Assembly (NCBI GenBank): GCA_044226015.1
Contig: JBGAHS010000011.1
Coordinates: 32,001 to 96,000 of the forward strand
Direction: 5' to 3'
Source: Candidatus Obscuribacteraceae bacterium
GTDB lineage: Bacteria; Cyanobacteriota; Vampirovibrionia; Obscuribacterales; Obscuribacteraceae
DNA length: 64,000 nucleotides
Shown: positions 61,519 through 64,000 of the stretch, piece after piece
Layout: each line of letters opens with the position of its first letter
Numbering within the stretch: position 1 is the stretch's first letter
Translations under genes and position numbers: made by a program
Notes under the pieces: model-generated
What the model saw: the letters and a program-made list of their open reading frames with translations, nothing else
Told to the model about the DNA's origin: nothing
Database searches by the model: none

Positions 61519-61887
61519 ATGATCAGCAAGCCAATTCTAATTGTTGAAGATGATCCAATTGTGCGCCTTACGACACAAAAACAGCTCAGCGCGCTAGGAT
61601 ACAAAACTGAAACCGTCGCAAGCGGAGAGGAAGCTGTTGAACGCAGCAGCAATTCGTTTGGACTCATTTTCATGGACATAGGCTTGCCCGGAATTGATGG
61701 CGGCCACGCGACCCTGTTGATTAGAGAAAAAGAATTGCGTGAAGGTCGACAAAGAGTACCCATAGTTGCTCTTACGGCTCATTCAGAAAGAGAACGCTGC
61801 ATTCGAGCCGGCATGGATGATTTTTTGCAAAAGCCGGCATTACTGGCAGACGTAAAATCTGTATTGCATAAATGGTATGACAGCTAA
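61519..61887 (+). CDS. Single-domain response regulator
   Basis: VEDD, FMDIGLP, LTAH, QKP. Confidence 0.88.
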   Translation: MISKPILIVEDDPIVRLTTQKQLSALGYKTETVASGEEAVERSSNSFGLIFMDIGLPGIDGGHATLLIREKELREGRQRVPIVALTAHSERERCIRAGMDDFLQKPALLADVKSVLHKWYDS

Positions 61888-64000
61888 CTAAAGAGCTTCT
61901 CCCTGCTTCAATAAATTTTCTACAGAATGCCTGTATGAATACTCACGGGGATCCAAAGCCTCGAACTTTGGCAAGATGTTCTTTTTCCATTCAACAACGC
62001 TTCTCTTTTCTCCTGCATAAACATAGTCGGCAAGCAATTGAATCTCAGCGGCGAGATAGGTATCAAACTGCTCTCTTTCGTTTGTATTCATCGCTTCAAT
62101 AATAGATTTATGGGCTGCGATAGCTTTGGGAAAGTTTCCTTCCAGTCGCTCTAATTGCCCTTCGTAGTTAAGAGCGATGTATTTTTCCAGGCGCTCTCGA
62201 TCATTTCTATCCAACAGCTGCGCCTGAAATCTCTGCAAAACTTCTCTAGCCTCTGCCTTCTGTCCCGCAAGCAGGTGCTTTTCAATTACATCATGGAAAA
62301 CCGCATAAGAACCAGCAAAGTCGGAATTTGAGAAGCGAGTGTCGTTCCGAGCAATGTCATAGTAAGTTAAGGCTTTTTCTAAGACTTTTGCGGCTCGTTC
62401 ACTTTGTCCCTCCATTCTGCAACGAATCCCTATTCTTTCGTCCAAGTCAGCAACGAATAACGGATTCTTTTTCTTGAGAGACTCCGTGATTAAATCAGCT
62501 GTTACTGGATCTTCAAATCCAAAATTTGCAAGCGCTTCAAAGTATATTGAATGCCCATTTCCGACAGCAATGTCCGAGAGAACCTCTTTAAGCTGCCTTC
62601 TAAACTTCTCTGATTCGTGAACCTGCGAATACAAAACGAGCCTGGTAACCTTGAAGTGATATAACGCGTCTCCTTTAATTGAACTGGAATCGATCTCATT
62701 GTCTAATATTTCGTGCGCAAGTTTCAGTTCACCAGTTTTACAACACCCATGCACGAAGCCAATCAAAAGCGGAACCACACCGCGTGCAGCAGAATGATAT
62801 TTCTTTGCCAGACGCGATGTGAGTTGAAATTCACTCAATAGGTTTAGTCTTGCGACAAGGTATACCATTCGATCAAAGGAGGTAATTTTGTCCTTGCTCT
62901 TCAAGTAGCATCGAGCAGCCTCACGAAGCGCTGAAAGCTCTCTTTCCTTGTCGCCAACGTTAGAGTAATAAATAGACAAAACAGTCAAAAATTCTCCGCA
63001 GTCTGAGTCTGTGCGGCAAGTCTTCCTAAATTCGAGACTCAGAGGCTGAACCATCGACTCTGAGCTTTTACATTCGGCAAAAGCGGAGAACAACTTCTGC
63101 ACGATAAACTGATAGGGCTCATCCTTATTGGTGAGCTTTGTTGCTTCAATGCAGGCTGAGCGGCACTGCGCCTCATCTCCAGCCCTCAGCGATAGAAATG
63201 CTTTTGCAAGATACAATCTGGTAGGAGAAACTTCTGAATCGCCCTCATTGGCTAACTGTTTATCAATAAGCGCAATCGCTGTTTTTGCGAGCTGACTATC
63301 AAAAGAGTATGACTGGTCTCCAAAAAGCGCATCAAAAAAATCGTCATTCAAGTACTTGTCGCGAACCCTTTCTTGAAACCAACTCTTAACTAGCTTTTGC
63401 CTGTTTGTCTCAGACTTTTCCTTTTGAACAACATTCGTATGAAAATCCTGAAATTTCTTTTTGAACAAACGCCCGTCTGACTTTGACTTGCCTGATTCAC
63501 CTTTTTTAACAACGGCTATTGGTGATAGTGACTTAGAAAGGATAGGAAAACTGATTGCAATCAAAATCGTAGCTATTCCTGCAATCAGCCAAACTCCACC
63601 ATATTTATGAGCGCTTTCACCCTTTCGAAGCTCGGACGCAAGTTCATTCATACTAAAGAATCGATCTTGACGTTCCTTATTCAAACATTTCAGAACAACC
63701 CTTCTCAAACCATTTCCTATCTCTGCTGGGAACTTAAGCTCGTTGCGATCTTTATTAAGATGATTGGACATGATGACCCAGTCCGAATCACTGTGCATGG
63801 GCGGAACACCAGTGCAAAGCTCGTAAAGAACGCAGCCCAGCGAATATATGTCGGAGCGCTCATCAAGGTCTTCTCCCTTGCACTGTTCAACGCTCATGTA
63901 ATTAGTTGTTCCGGGAGTAAGCTCACCCTGAGTTAATTGTTGATCGACTGGCTCAAGACTTTTAAAGATGCCAAAATCGACTAACTTGACCTTGAACTGC
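61888..64000 (-). CDS. Ser/Thr protein kinase with TM and TPR-like C-terminus (partial; start lies beyond the window)
   Basis: Frame stays open to the window edge: VKLVDFG...GTTNYMS..EQ, SDIYSLG, R; central TM. Confidence 0.88.
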   Translation of the reverse strand, partial: QFKVKLVDFGIFKSLEPVDQQLTQGELTPGTTNYMSVEQCKGEDLDERSDIYSLGCVLYELCTGVPPMHSDSDWVIMSNHLNKDRNELKFPAEIGNGLRRVVLKCLNKERQDRFFSMNELASELRKGESAHKYGGVWLIAGIATILIAISFPILSKSLSPIAVVKKGESGKSKSDGRLFKKKFQDFHTNVVQKEKSETNRQKLVKSWFQERVRDKYLNDDFFDALFGDQSYSFDSQLAKTAIALIDKQLANEGDSEVSPTRLYLAKAFLSLRAGDEAQCRSACIEATKLTNKDEPYQFIVQKLFSAFAECKSSESMVQPLSLEFRKTCRTDSDCGEFLTVLSIYYSNVGDKERELSALREAARCYLKSKDKITSFDRMVYLVARLNLLSEFQLTSRLAKKYHSAARGVVPLLIGFVHGCCKTGELKLAHEILDNEIDSSSIKGDALYHFKVTRLVLYSQVHESEKFRRQLKEVLSDIAVGNGHSIYFEALANFGFEDPVTADLITESLKKKNPLFVADLDERIGIRCRMEGQSERAAKVLEKALTYYDIARNDTRFSNSDFAGSYAVFHDVIEKHLLAGQKAEAREVLQRFQAQLLDRNDRERLEKYIALNYEGQLERLEGNFPKAIAAHKSIIEAMNTNEREQFDTYLAAEIQLLADYVYAGEKRSVVEWKKNILPKFEALDPREYSYRHSVENLLKQGEAL

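Overview
Gene-dense bacterial chromosome window. Its content (lpxB/msbA, Ycf35-DUF2997-Ycf46, b6-like cytochrome b, no photosynthesis genes seen) suggests a non-photosynthetic relative of cyanobacteria such as Melainabacteria/Vampirovibrionia; this is an inference. No rRNA, tRNA, CRISPR array or transposase was recognised. Main blocks are: c-di-GMP and TonB-like genes (1-5.9 kb); secG-ubiE-lpxB-msbA running into a GrpE-like/Hsp70/beta-propeller trio (6.3-14 kb); Ycf35/Ycf46 and hisS; orphan effector-like proteins around a promoter-driven, highly structured putative ncRNA at ~22.96-23.21 kb; a YbjQ triad; an 11-gene respiratory operon (32.1-41.0 kb, minus) with an FNR-like box upstream; a general-stress island (41.5-51.7 kb) whose genes share an ECF-type promoter GGAAC-N17-GTC; and an ethylene-receptor-like kinase, pth, gcvPA, two lepB, HD-GYP and a partial Ser/Thr kinase. 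The respiratory operon joins a cbb3 oxidase, a Rieske protein, two asymmetric cytochromes b and an HdrA-like ferredoxin/MvhD module. All calls come from reading motifs by eye, with no database searches.
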